Source: a virus
Lineage: Duplodnaviria > Caudoviricetes
Virus record (IMG/VR): IMGVR_UViG_3300021255_002777
Coordinates: 1-64,000 of that record
Direction: 5' to 3' (one strand)
DNA length: 64,000 bases
Shown here piece after piece: positions 46,285-54,973 of this stretch. Position 1 is the first letter of the stretch. Each line of letters opens with the position of its first letter. Below the pieces are notes generated by a model, which was given only the letters and a program-made list of their open reading frames with translations, searched no databases and was not told the DNA's origin. Both the position numbers and the translations under genes were made by a program.

Positions 46285-47718
46285 TTATTCAGTCGGGAAG
46301 GTGAACGAAATGGTCTCAGTTGTCGAGTCATAGCCGTCATACAAGTCTGCCAAGGCACTGTACACACCGCCACTCTTGACGGGGTTGGCACTTGTCTTTG
46401 TAGGAACATTGTCAAAGGTCAAGGCGTTTTGCTTGTTGTTCCAAGTTGACTTCTCGGTATCAGTGACAAGCCTATGTGTTGCATCATCAGTGAGGTCTGC
46501 CAACTCTTGTGGTATGCTTTGATATACATCTTCGATGGCTGTATCATAGTCCGCTTTCTTAACATACACAGGGAGTTGAACTAGACCAAAATGTGATTGT
46601 TCGTCGAATTGGATTCCAGTGACAACGGTAAGATTGACATTACCGTCCGTTGGCGATTGAGGAGTCCCGCTATTAAGACTAACGGTTTGCACCGAAGAAG
46701 CGCCCTTCCCCGCTCCACTGCGGATGGTATCAAGATCGTTAATCGCAGATTGCTTGTTGCTCCATGCAGTCTTGTTGGCATCTGTAATACTTGCGGCTGG
46801 ATGAGTGCTATCAAGCACAGTTGCGCTCTTGCCTGTTTCGCTTGTCAATGTGATGGTAGTCTTACCTGCATTGGTGCCAGTACCCTTTGACACTGACATT
46901 TCGCTCTTGTTAGCCTTGCCGCTAATATCCTGATGCTCAACCACAACGGTCTGCGATGTGCCAGACTTGAGTTGAATGGTCTTCTTCGTCGTATCGCCAG
47001 CGACAGCAGTTACAGTCAACTCGCTCTTGTTAGCCTTGTTATCCAATGCGCCATTGATAACCTTGTTCTGAACAGGGTTGGTTGACGTGCTGCTCAGTGC
47101 CTCATCAACAGTACCGCTGACTGCCTCGATAGCATCAATGCGGTCATTGATACCGAGCAACTGGTTGGCTAGCGTGGGGTCTGTCTTGTCAATGCCGTTC
47201 AAGAAATTCACAACCTCATTGAATGAGTCGATTGCTGCTGACACATCGCCAGTGCCTACCAAAGCAGCCAAGTCGTCAGCAACCGCGTCAACCTGGCTCT
47301 TTAGGGCAACTTCTCCGCTTGCGCCGACAGGAAGGGTGACCTCTGTTTTAGCGGTTCCGAGGCTTCCGTCAGCAGTGCTGCCGAATACGAACACTGGTTT
47401 GCCATTGACCTTTTTCACGATGATATAAGTCGAGTCAGCAATGCCATCCTCTATATTATCTATGCCAATCATGGGTGTAGCAACACCCTCTCTTACATAG
47501 ATTTGTTTCGCTAACAAACCTTCGAGGTTCATATATGAAAGGTCGAAGGAACCGAGTTCCTGCGTTTTGGCGGCGTCCTTGTAAAACACCAGCCTTGTCT
47601 GCAAATCCTCGTCATTATTGACCCTAATCACACTAGCATAGGCAAAGCCAGCCCTCGCTATAGCATCCTTGATGTCATAACCAGCATTGTTGATTTTAAT
47701 TTTACTAATGTCTGCCAT
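46285..47718 (-). CDS. Tail fibre protein (477 aa)
   Basis: IDSFNEVVNFLNGI, two KANKSE repeats, DEALSSTSTNPVQNKVI, and ELADLTDDATHRLVTDTEKSTWN. Confidence 0.7.
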   Translation of the reverse strand: MADISKIKINNAGYDIKDAIARAGFAYASVIRVNNDEDLQTRLVFYKDAAKTQELGSFDLSYMNLEGLLAKQIYVREGVATPMIGIDNIEDGIADSTYIIVKKVNGKPVFVFGSTADGSLGTAKTEVTLPVGASGEVALKSQVDAVADDLAALVGTGDVSAAIDSFNEVVNFLNGIDKTDPTLANQLLGINDRIDAIEAVSGTVDEALSSTSTNPVQNKVINGALDNKANKSELTVTAVAGDTTKKTIQLKSGTSQTVVVEHQDISGKANKSEMSVSKGTGTNAGKTTITLTSETGKSATVLDSTHPAASITDANKTAWSNKQSAINDLDTIRSGAGKGASSVQTVSLNSGTPQSPTDGNVNLTVVTGIQFDEQSHFGLVQLPVYVKKADYDTAIEDVYQSIPQELADLTDDATHRLVTDTEKSTWNNKQNALTFDNVPTKTSANPVKSGGVYSALADLYDGYDSTTETISFTFPTE

Positions 47719-47755
47719 CGTTTTCTGTTTTTATTGTTTATTGTTAATATTGTTG

Positions 47756-48580
47756 TTACCACTCGATATTAAGCGTCTCGCCGCTGACATAGGACTCCTT
47801 GCCCATCACATAATCGTGGAATCCAGTCACCACCTTGTTGGCGATGGCTCGCTCACTGGTGATGTCCCAATTCTGGTCAACAAGCATCTCGATGCCTTTT
47901 GTGACACTGAAGGATACCGTGTCTCCATCTGTAAGGAGAAATGTGACGGTTGTGGAGGTGCTGTCTTCTTCAGTCGTTATTTCAGCAATACCACGGTCAG
48001 CATTTCCGCTTGCAAAAAATACAGCGGCATCCAAATACCTGATCTCTCCAGGGATGTGTTTTATATCATCAGTTACAATATACAGCCTTTGGTTTTCTTT
48101 AAAGCGATACTGATTCCCTTCACTGTCTTTACATACGACAGCCATCGAATAGACACCAACAGGTATTGAGCCTGAATCCTGCACAACGACATTGTTTCTG
48201 TTGTGGGATATTATAAGCTTTATCTGGGATTCACCGTTGTCAAGTACCAGTGATATCGGATATGAATCTGAAGGAATGAAATCAGCATCTGCCGTTGACA
48301 ACACACCGTCATCTATGGTTATTGTGCGTATGACAAGAGGAATAATGAATCCGAACGGGTTACCTTGGCCGTACACCAGCTTTGATGTCTTGTCCGGAAG
48401 GTAAGGTATTGCGTCAGTAACTTTCTCTATTGTCTCACGCAAATCCTTTGACAAGTCACTGGCAGGAATGCCGTCTGAAGGCTTGCTGTATTTGTTTACA
48501 ACAAGCTCTCTGGCAACCCTGTCCTTGATGTCATAGGTAACCCCTTTGCGTTCTATTTTGCTGATTTCCTGCATAATCAA
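47756..48580 (-). CDS. Fibre base/adaptor protein with a BppU-like Ig-fold domain
   Basis: YSKPSDGIPASDL motif, a beta-rich middle (VVVQDSGSIPVGVYSMAV) and a C-terminal ETLNIEW. Confidence 0.55.
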   Translation of the reverse strand: MIMQEISKIERKGVTYDIKDRVARELVVNKYSKPSDGIPASDLSKDLRETIEKVTDAIPYLPDKTSKLVYGQGNPFGFIIPLVIRTITIDDGVLSTADADFIPSDSYPISLVLDNGESQIKLIISHNRNNVVVQDSGSIPVGVYSMAVVCKDSEGNQYRFKENQRLYIVTDDIKHIPGEIRYLDAAVFFASGNADRGIAEITTEEDSTSTTVTFLLTDGDTVSFSVTKGIEMLVDQNWDITSERAIANKVVTGFHDYVMGKESYVSGETLNIEW

Positions 48581-49467
48581 TTCTCTTTATCATCATCCCA
48601 TACGAGGGTCTCGTTCTCAACAGTAGGATCATCACCACCTTCATTGATCTCGATATTCTGAACAACTTCAACAGTGCTCGTAACTTTATCACCACTTTCT
48701 GGCTTAGCGTCTTCAGGCTTAATTGTTGCAGGAATAAGATCGAGTACAGCAGGAACATCTCCGCCATTCTTTGTAGCTTCAAGGTTACCAAGAGCCTCAA
48801 ATTGACGGTCAAATTCATGCATTCTGGGAATAAGTTGATTCCACATCCTTGTAATGCTTTCCATCTCACTCAGTGACGGCATCTTGAAGTGTGCACCGAG
48901 TCTTCCAGCAGCATATGCATACCTTTTCTCAGCATTTTGGAGCACTGCCGGTTGCAACTTGCCTTGGTCAAACAGAATTGTAAACACTTCTCTTTTTATA
49001 TAAGCATCAAGTGCAAGCATATAGATGGGGTCATCTATTAGCATAGGCATTCCAGTTTCATCAACAGCAACTGAGAGATATGCTATGCTAATCATTCCGT
49101 GTTCAAAAGATGTGAACAAAGTTCTTCCCTGCGTCTTAAAACTTAACTCGTGGAATCTTCTTCTTTCCCCAAAGTAAGGATGATTCCGCTGCGGGTTAAA
49201 TACATCAGTCATACTGCGCAGGCTAATACCGCTTTTGCAGTCCTTCACAAGTTCAATACTTATAAGGTCGCAAGGAAGTTCACAACGGAATGCATCAACT
49301 TTTAGAGTTACCTCTTTATGCTGATACATTTGAGGAAGCCCGAATATTCCTATAAAGTCTATAGTGTATTGCACCACCTGCTCAAGATTAACATCCTGAA
49401 GCAATGGGTGCCTTAATGTTCTTGATAAGGCTTCACGTATATTGATATATCTAACTTCTTTGTTCAT
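48577..49467 (-). CDS. Tail ring protein (R1/gp43-like) with a C-terminal extension
   Basis: YINIREALSR.LRHPLLQDV.LE..VQY.IDFI.IFG.P; G.PM.ID...Y..AL..YIK. About 60 aa of extra, low-complexity C-terminus. Confidence 0.7.
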   Translation of the reverse strand: MNKEVRYINIREALSRTLRHPLLQDVNLEQVVQYTIDFIGIFGLPQMYQHKEVTLKVDAFRCELPCDLISIELVKDCKSGISLRSMTDVFNPQRNHPYFGERRRFHELSFKTQGRTLFTSFEHGMISIAYLSVAVDETGMPMLIDDPIYMLALDAYIKREVFTILFDQGKLQPAVLQNAEKRYAYAAGRLGAHFKMPSLSEMESITRMWNQLIPRMHEFDRQFEALGNLEATKNGGDVPAVLDLIPATIKPEDAKPESGDKVTSTVEVVQNIEINEGGDDPTVENETLVWDDDKEN

Positions 49468-49943
49468 TGCAAAGTGTATTTTGTTTCTATCTCTCTTACC
49501 CTTCCTTTACTTGGTCTGATCTCCAGCATCAATGGCCAGTACCACTGTTTTCTGCTCCTGCTTATGGTGCTGTGTCTGATACGCAGTATGTTCCTGGTCG
49601 GATTTCTGCGGACTAACAGCCTGTCACGGAATGCATCGCTGTCAACACACCACCATTCGTGGGTTCGTTTCCAGTCTATAGCCTTCGGCCACCCTATCTT
49701 GTTGGGCACAACTTCCATATTGAACAGGAATGGAACTGCAATATGATGACCCGCGTAAACATACTCCCAAACTTTCTCACCCACTTTGTTGAGGATTTTA
49801 TTGAAGATGGTGTACTCGACGTTTATTTGCCCAGCCTTTTTCATGGCAGCATAGACAGATTTTTTACTGTTGAGGTATTTTGTACCAACGGTTCTGCCTG
49901 CCTTGGCGTTCCTGTCTTTTATGTACTGCTCAAACTCTGTCAT
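49464..49943 (-). CDS. Basic IHF/HU-like protein of crAss-like phages
   Basis: Basic protein with F.KIL...G...P.L..M...IDWKRT..WW pattern, located between ring-protein genes. Confidence 0.55.
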   Translation of the reverse strand: MTEFEQYIKDRNAKAGRTVGTKYLNSKKSVYAAMKKAGQINVEYTIFNKILNKVGEKVWEYVYAGHHIAVPFLFNMEVVPNKIGWPKAIDWKRTHEWWCVDSDAFRDRLLVRRNPTRNILRIRHSTISRSRKQWYWPLMLEIRPSKGRVREIETKYTLQ

Positions 49944-50641
49944 TGTTTAGTGGATTGCGGGGCAGACATACTGCCGAAGTCATCATTTGCGTTGTTGGCT
50001 GTGTCTTCTGGACGGTAAACACTGCCAGAGAGTTCCTTCACACACAGCTCAATCAGAGTGGGAAGCAATGCATTTTCGATAGGGAACTGGCTATCAAGGA
50101 TGTCACAATGCTTTCCGTTCTCGTCACAGAGTAATTCAGCCGCTGCTTCTGGGTCGTCAAATATGCCTGTAACTTTGGCTTTCTTCATATACAGATACTG
50201 CGGGTTCTGGCTTGTCAGCCACAGATGATTGTCTGGGCCAAGAGCAGAATAGATGATGTCCTTCATCCACTTGTTGTACCCGACGAATTTCATCCTGTCC
50301 ATAGTAACATAGGCAATGCGCTCACCTTTGAAGAAGTTAAGCGGATAAACCTTGGTGGATGCTGCTGTAATGGATGCGGGGATTTCCTGCACACTCTTAA
50401 GCATATACCCTTCCTCGCAAGGGAACCCATCAAGGGCTTCAACCTTCTTAAGGTCAAGGCAGATAGTCTGGTAGTTGCTTTCTGGAATATCCTTCTTAAT
50501 GTCCTTGTAATGTTGTTTCAACAACATGGAACGGTACTTGCTCGCAAGCCAGATGATGTGCTCCTGCGTAAACACAGCATCGTCACTGAGCAACTTCAGC
50601 TCATCAAGGATCATGTATGTAACTTCTCTGTAAGTACTCAT
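49940..50641 (-). CDS. Tail ring protein (R2/gp40-like)
   Basis: TYRE..YMILDELK..SDD..FT.EH..., SNYQTICLDL, Y.K...V.G.F.DP, and FPIE..L...L.EL.VKEL motifs. Confidence 0.75.
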   Translation of the reverse strand: MSTYREVTYMILDELKLLSDDAVFTQEHIIWLASKYRSMLLKQHYKDIKKDIPESNYQTICLDLKKVEALDGFPCEEGYMLKSVQEIPASITAASTKVYPLNFFKGERIAYVTMDRMKFVGYNKWMKDIIYSALGPDNHLWLTSQNPQYLYMKKAKVTGIFDDPEAAAELLCDENGKHCDILDSQFPIENALLPTLIELCVKELSGSVYRPEDTANNANDDFGSMSAPQSTKQ

Positions 50642-50657
50642 ATCGCGATAGTTTATG

Positions 50658-50665
50658 CAAAGATA
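50658..50665 (-). promoter_or_regulatory. Bacteroidota -7 promoter element (TATCTTTG)
   Basis: TAnnTTTG match about 17 nt upstream of the ring-gene ATG at 50641. Confidence 0.45.
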
Positions 50666-50730
50666 AAAACAACAAACCCACCATCGTATGGAGGTAGTGG
50701 ATTTGTAATTAAAGGTAAGTAATCTACTAA

Positions 50731-51120
50731 TCAGACAACATCAAACATTGTATCACCACGGTGCAGTGAACCGTCTTCTTTCTTACGCGGATTATCTACA
50801 GATGAGCGCTGTCTGTACTGTTGCGACTGCCTGAGATTGTGTGAATAAGAGCCATCACGGGGTTTACTAAACCTGAAGTGTGTTGTGCGTCCAATAATGC
50901 AGCCATTGTTATATAAGCAATTCAGGGCACGATTAAACGCGGATAAGCCAGTGTCGTCTAAGTGTTCACTGAGCTGCCCGTTAAACACTGCCTCAGTGAT
51001 GAACAAATAAATAAGTAGACCTCGCACACCTTCTTTCTTATAGTATCCAGCCTCTTCAAGTACATGAAAATATCTGGAAATGCTACTATACAAATTATCA
51101 GTATGTTCCATGACATCCAC
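50731..51120 (-). CDS. Tail hub protein B-like
   Basis: Y.SI.RYF.VL...GY......LLIYLFI...LNCLY..GCII pattern; synteny after the auxiliary capsid and hub A genes. Confidence 0.55.
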   Translation of the reverse strand: MDVMEHTDNLYSSISRYFHVLEEAGYYKKEGVRGLLIYLFITEAVFNGQLSEHLDDTGLSAFNRALNCLYNNGCIIGRTTHFRFSKPRDGSYSHNLRQSQQYRQRSSVDNPRKKEDGSLHRGDTMFDVV

Positions 51121-52099
51121 ATCCTTTACCGCCCATCATACTTGGACCGAATGATGAGCCTGAATTAAGATAATTGTTCCAGTAGTACAATGCTTGGCAG
51201 ACATCACCGCATCGTAATGCAAAATCAAAACCGTAGTACTTGAGAATAAAGTCTTCAAATGCGGATGCACTACTGTCGCTGCAGGATTCACCGAGTGCAT
51301 TTGCGTACCTTACAGCAGAATCGTAGATAGGTTTGCTGTTATAAACAACACCGGTAATAGTATTCTCATCCCAGCCACAGCCCATAGTTGCAATCTCAAC
51401 AGCCTTACCGTCAACACGTGCTTCAGCTGTCACGACAAATAATGAACTGCCAATGTCCGCATTATCAAGATTTATTAGATCAGTACTATTCAGACATAAA
51501 CGTTTGTGCTGAATCGGTTCTGGACTCTTATATTGCACACTATTGCGGGAAGGATCGTTAATAATATCTGTATATAGATTGAACAACTCAATGAACTCAG
51601 TATATTCATTATCAGTGAACAGACTCTTAGAACTTGTTATGAGGGAATTAATGTAATCAATGATTACTTTAACATCGAATATATTCTTTTGCCCGTCGTT
51701 ATTAACATCATACCTGTCTTCCATAGGTATTCGGCCTAGGATTGCATCAGTAACCAGGATATAATCGTGAAGGTCTACCTTGCCATCAAGATTGACATCA
51801 TACTTATTAAGCTCGTCTTTGTCTGGACGTAACTTTTTCATGAACATGTTGAGCCTATTGATCTGCTCAACATCACGTTCAGTAATCTTGCCGTCACCAT
51901 CCATATCAACGTATGTCAGACCTGAACCGCCTCGGTAAACAACCACACCGTTACCAGTTCCGTTACAGTAGTCTTCAGCAAGATTAACTGTTACTTTGTC
52001 AATATAACACTGCGCATATTCGTCAAAGTTGTCTATTTCAACATCAATAACGATATGACTGTTGTCATCAGTAACGTATAGTTCATTAAAATGTAGCAT
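51098..52099 (-). CDS. Tail hub protein A-like with an inserted dockerin-like domain
   Basis: MLHFNELYVT.D...I.IDV...YIDKV N-terminus and C-terminal F.DFILKYYGF..AL.CGD..QA..YW...GCGC. The internal DxDGDGKI, DVNLDGKVD and DVNNDGQKN loops are dockerin-like. Confidence 0.7.
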   Translation of the reverse strand: MLHFNELYVTDDNSHIVIDVEIDNFDEYAQCYIDKVTVNLAEDYCNGTGNGVVVYRGGSGLTYVDMDGDGKITERDVEQINRLNMFMKKLRPDKDELNKYDVNLDGKVDLHDYILVTDAILGRIPMEDRYDVNNDGQKNIFDVKVIIDYINSLITSSKSLFTDNEYTEFIELFNLYTDIINDPSRNSVQYKSPEPIQHKRLCLNSTDLINLDNADIGSSLFVVTAEARVDGKAVEIATMGCGWDENTITGVVYNSKPIYDSAVRYANALGESCSDSSASAFEDFILKYYGFDFALRCGDVCQALYYWNNYLNSGSSFGPSMMGGKGCGCHGTY

Positions 52100-52108
52100 A
52101 GTTTAAAA

Positions 52109-52141
52109 TAGAAAAGGGCGGCGGTTACAGAACCACCGCCC
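52109..52141 (-). terminator. Rho-independent terminator after the auxiliary capsid gene
   Basis: On the minus strand GGGCGGTGGTT-CTGT-AACCGCCGCCC is followed by TTTTCTATTTT. Confidence 0.8.
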
Positions 52142-52175
52142 AGGTTATACAGGATCGAGTAGATTAGGGCTTGGT

Positions 52176-53198
52176 TTAAATAGATGTGGCCACACCATCA
52201 GCGATGTAATGGTCAAGCCCTGCAAACGTAGCAACCGTTACTGCAATAGTATTAAGCGCAACATTATTGGTAGAATCAGCAACAAATACCATATCACGCT
52301 CAGACTTCTGCGGACCTTCATTGTCAATATCATCCCAGAAGTGGATGGTCAGGTAGTTGTACTCCTTGGTGGGATCGACAAGCAAAGAAGCAGGAGTGGT
52401 AATACTCAGAGGCCAATCTTTGCCACGATACTGGTCACCGCGCTCACCCATGCAGAACCACTCAAGGTCGGCAGTCTCTTTACCGTTACCGATAAAGCCG
52501 TTAGCGGCTACCTCTGTTACGGTGGCAGTGCCCCAATCATAGCGCTCAAGATTGTCAACAACAACGGGAACAAAGTGAACCTTGTAGTCAGGACGGGTCT
52601 GCTTCATGCGGCCAAGATTCCAAGGCTGCTCAACTTCGGTAAGGGTAATATCAGAAACGGTTCCAGTGAAGTCCTCCTTCTTGGTTGTGGGCGTTACCTC
52701 AACACCGCCTGCAGTGATAGTGAAAGGCATATCAACCTCACGGGAGAAGTTTTTGGCTGCGCTGATTGCAAGGCTAATGAGCAGGTCACTTGCATTGTTG
52801 CTGAATGCACGTGCAGAAGCATACTTCTCGTAGGTATCTTCGTCGCTCATTCCAAAATAGTTCTTGAACGCGAAGTTGATAATGTAGTCCTGTCCAATGA
52901 CAGGGGCACCATTGTTAACTCCAGAGTTCATAGTGATGACAACCTTGCGCTTGTTCTTCCTTAATGAGGCAGCTGAATTATAGCTTACCCACTTAACTTT
53001 GCGCTTCTTGATACGGTCAGTAGCGATTACACCACCATTACCAATATACTTGAAGAACATGAACCAGCCATCAGCGGATGTCTGTTGTGCAAGAGTGCCA
53101 ACAGGGTCATTGGCAGCAAGGGATGCACTGCCACTTTCACCGGGGTCGTTAACCTTACTAACGACATACAAATGCTTTACTTGATTTACAGAATACAT
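52176..53198 (-). CDS. Auxiliary capsid protein (gp36-like)
   Basis: M.SVNQV.HLYV, GQDYI..F, and GKE.ADLEWFCMGERGDQYR..WP....T..LVDPT.EY motifs. Confidence 0.8.
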   Translation of the reverse strand: MYSVNQVKHLYVVSKVNDPGESGSASLAANDPVGTLAQQTSADGWFMFFKYIGNGGVIATDRIKKRKVKWVSYNSAASLRKNKRKVVITMNSGVNNGAPVIGQDYIINFAFKNYFGMSDEDTYEKYASARAFSNNASDLLISLAISAAKNFSREVDMPFTITAGGVEVTPTTKKEDFTGTVSDITLTEVEQPWNLGRMKQTRPDYKVHFVPVVVDNLERYDWGTATVTEVAANGFIGNGKETADLEWFCMGERGDQYRGKDWPLSITTPASLLVDPTKEYNYLTIHFWDDIDNEGPQKSERDMVFVADSTNNVALNTIAVTVATFAGLDHYIADGVATSI

Positions 53199-53241
53199 AA
53201 TCGATTAAGTTTTAGTTATACATTATTATTGACTATCTAAG

Positions 53242-53949
53242 TTAACTTGCTGCGCCGACGTATGCAGCTTTTGCCGCTCTGACAGCGCTGTCCAGGATGA
53301 TGCGGTGCAGTGATTCGTGAAGCTCGCAACCGAGAGGCCCTGTCTGCTTATTGATGGTGTTGTCTGTCAGCTTCTCAAGGATGATGGGCTGCGGATGCCT
53401 TATGTACTTTACAAAGTACTTGCTGAGTTCATCCTTTGAAACGACTTCGATGACACGGTGTTCATCAACAATACCGACATCGAACCTCAGTGCCCTGCGC
53501 TTTGAAGGGCCGCGGAATGGGTCTCCTTTAATCCTATGAAACTCGTCATAGGTTGCGGGAACAATCTCCACAGGAAAATTGCGGGCATCAATCTGGCAAG
53601 GCTTCTTGTCCTCATTACTGTCTCCTTTGTACTTGGCGGCTTCGTAGACAATATACCACAACGAATCATCAAGTTCAAAGAAGGTGCTGTTGCTGGCTAT
53701 CATAGCATAGTTCAAGCCAGTGGGTTCAAGAACCTCCGACACAAGCAGGCTGTCAAGACTGCGGCGCATCTGCTCCGTGAGTTCAAATCCACCGTAAGAA
53801 CCAGCACCTGTATAAAGCGCGGTTACAAGACCCTCCTGCTCATGGGTGAGAAACACGCTTTTCTCGTACTCATCGAGGCCAGGGGACTGTGACGAGGTGA
53901 TGTTGTTATACATCAGATCAAACTCGGTGGAAAACTCTTGGATAGTCAT
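53242..53949 (-). CDS. Tail ring protein (gp34/gp35-like)
   Basis: MT.QEFS.EFD.MYNNITS.QSPGLDEYEKSVFLT, Y...Y.R.P.PIIL, and CELH..LH..IL..AV. Confidence 0.8.
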   Translation of the reverse strand: MTIQEFSTEFDLMYNNITSSQSPGLDEYEKSVFLTHEQEGLVTALYTGAGSYGGFELTEQMRRSLDSLLVSEVLEPTGLNYAMIASNSTFFELDDSLWYIVYEAAKYKGDSNEDKKPCQIDARNFPVEIVPATYDEFHRIKGDPFRGPSKRRALRFDVGIVDEHRVIEVVSKDELSKYFVKYIRHPQPIILEKLTDNTINKQTGPLGCELHESLHRIILDSAVRAAKAAYVGAAS

Positions 53950-53951
53950 AG

Positions 53952-54851
53952 TTACTGTTTCTGTTCCTTGACAGCTTTTTGTAATGAGAAAAGAAGCTCC
54001 TGTTGACGCGGACCCATGAGGTACCTTGCGGCACTGGTCAGTGTGGGGTCTTCACCACTATTGCACAACGGGGTGTTGTCGGCGGTGTTGTAGTAGAAGT
54101 CACCACGACGCGCAATCAGTCCAGCTTTGACGCATTGGCGGATAAGCAACTTGTTGGGGAACAACTCATCACGGATAACTTTGAGGAACAACTTCGGGTC
54201 TGCTTGGATAAGCTCGTTGATTTTGGTCTGAAGGTATTCCTCCGTGGTCTTGTAGTCCATTTCGTTGCCTGTGATGGTGAGGATGATAAAGCGCATAGCA
54301 TCCATATCATGCTCAATCTTTCCGAACTCTTTGTAACTCATCATCGTGTTGCTCATGTTCTGCTTTGCACTCTTGGTCTCATCATCCGATTTAAGGATAA
54401 CGAACTGGTAAGTTGCCTTAGGGTGTTCCTCAAGTTCCTCGATACTCGAAGCAATGAAGTCCTTGTTGGCCAACGCAATCTTGTAACGGATATAATCGTT
54501 GGGGTCACTAAGGTCGAGATAGGTATCACCCTTGCGCAACGTGATGCTGCTGATGCCCCCTGTGTTTGCATCTGACCAGAAGTTGTCCTCACCTTTGGTA
54601 TACACGGAAAGGGCATTGTATTCAAGGCCCATAACGTGCTCAAGATAATTCTTCTCATCATTGGTCAGCACATTAACGAAAGCACCGTTCTTCAACTTAG
54701 GGACACAGAAGGTACGTGTGGCACCCTCGCTGAGACCTCCGTAGAGGACATGCTTCGGGTTATCAACAAGACCTGTCTGTTTAGGAATATGCCTGATGAC
54801 AATCTGTTCATTGCGCAGGCAGTTTTTTAATTCACTCTGTTCTTTTGCCAT
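53952..54851 (-). CDS. Conserved crAss-like protein immediately downstream of the capsid gene
   Basis: CLRNE.I.IR.IPKQ.G.V..P.H.LYGG...GA...F.VP.L..G...NVLT..EK motif. Start moved to ATG 54851 (MAKEQ), which has GGAG upstream. Confidence 0.7.
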   Translation of the reverse strand: MAKEQSELKNCLRNEQIVIRHIPKQTGLVDNPKHVLYGGLSEGATRTFCVPKLKNGAFVNVLTNDEKNYLEHVMGLEYNALSVYTKGEDNFWSDANTGGISSITLRKGDTYLDLSDPNDYIRYKIALANKDFIASSIEELEEHPKATYQFVILKSDDETKSAKQNMSNTMMSYKEFGKIEHDMDAMRFIILTITGNEMDYKTTEEYLQTKINELIQADPKLFLKVIRDELFPNKLLIRQCVKAGLIARRGDFYYNTADNTPLCNSGEDPTLTSAARYLMGPRQQELLFSLQKAVKEQKQ

Positions 54852-54973
54852 TCTTTTGTTCTCCTGGGTCCTCCTCCTCCTGCCTGCCTCCGTCACACGA
54901 TGATACGTGTTCAGGAGGCTGGAAGAAGGCGGCGTTTAACTATTAATTATTTATGCATATGAAAAAACTATCC

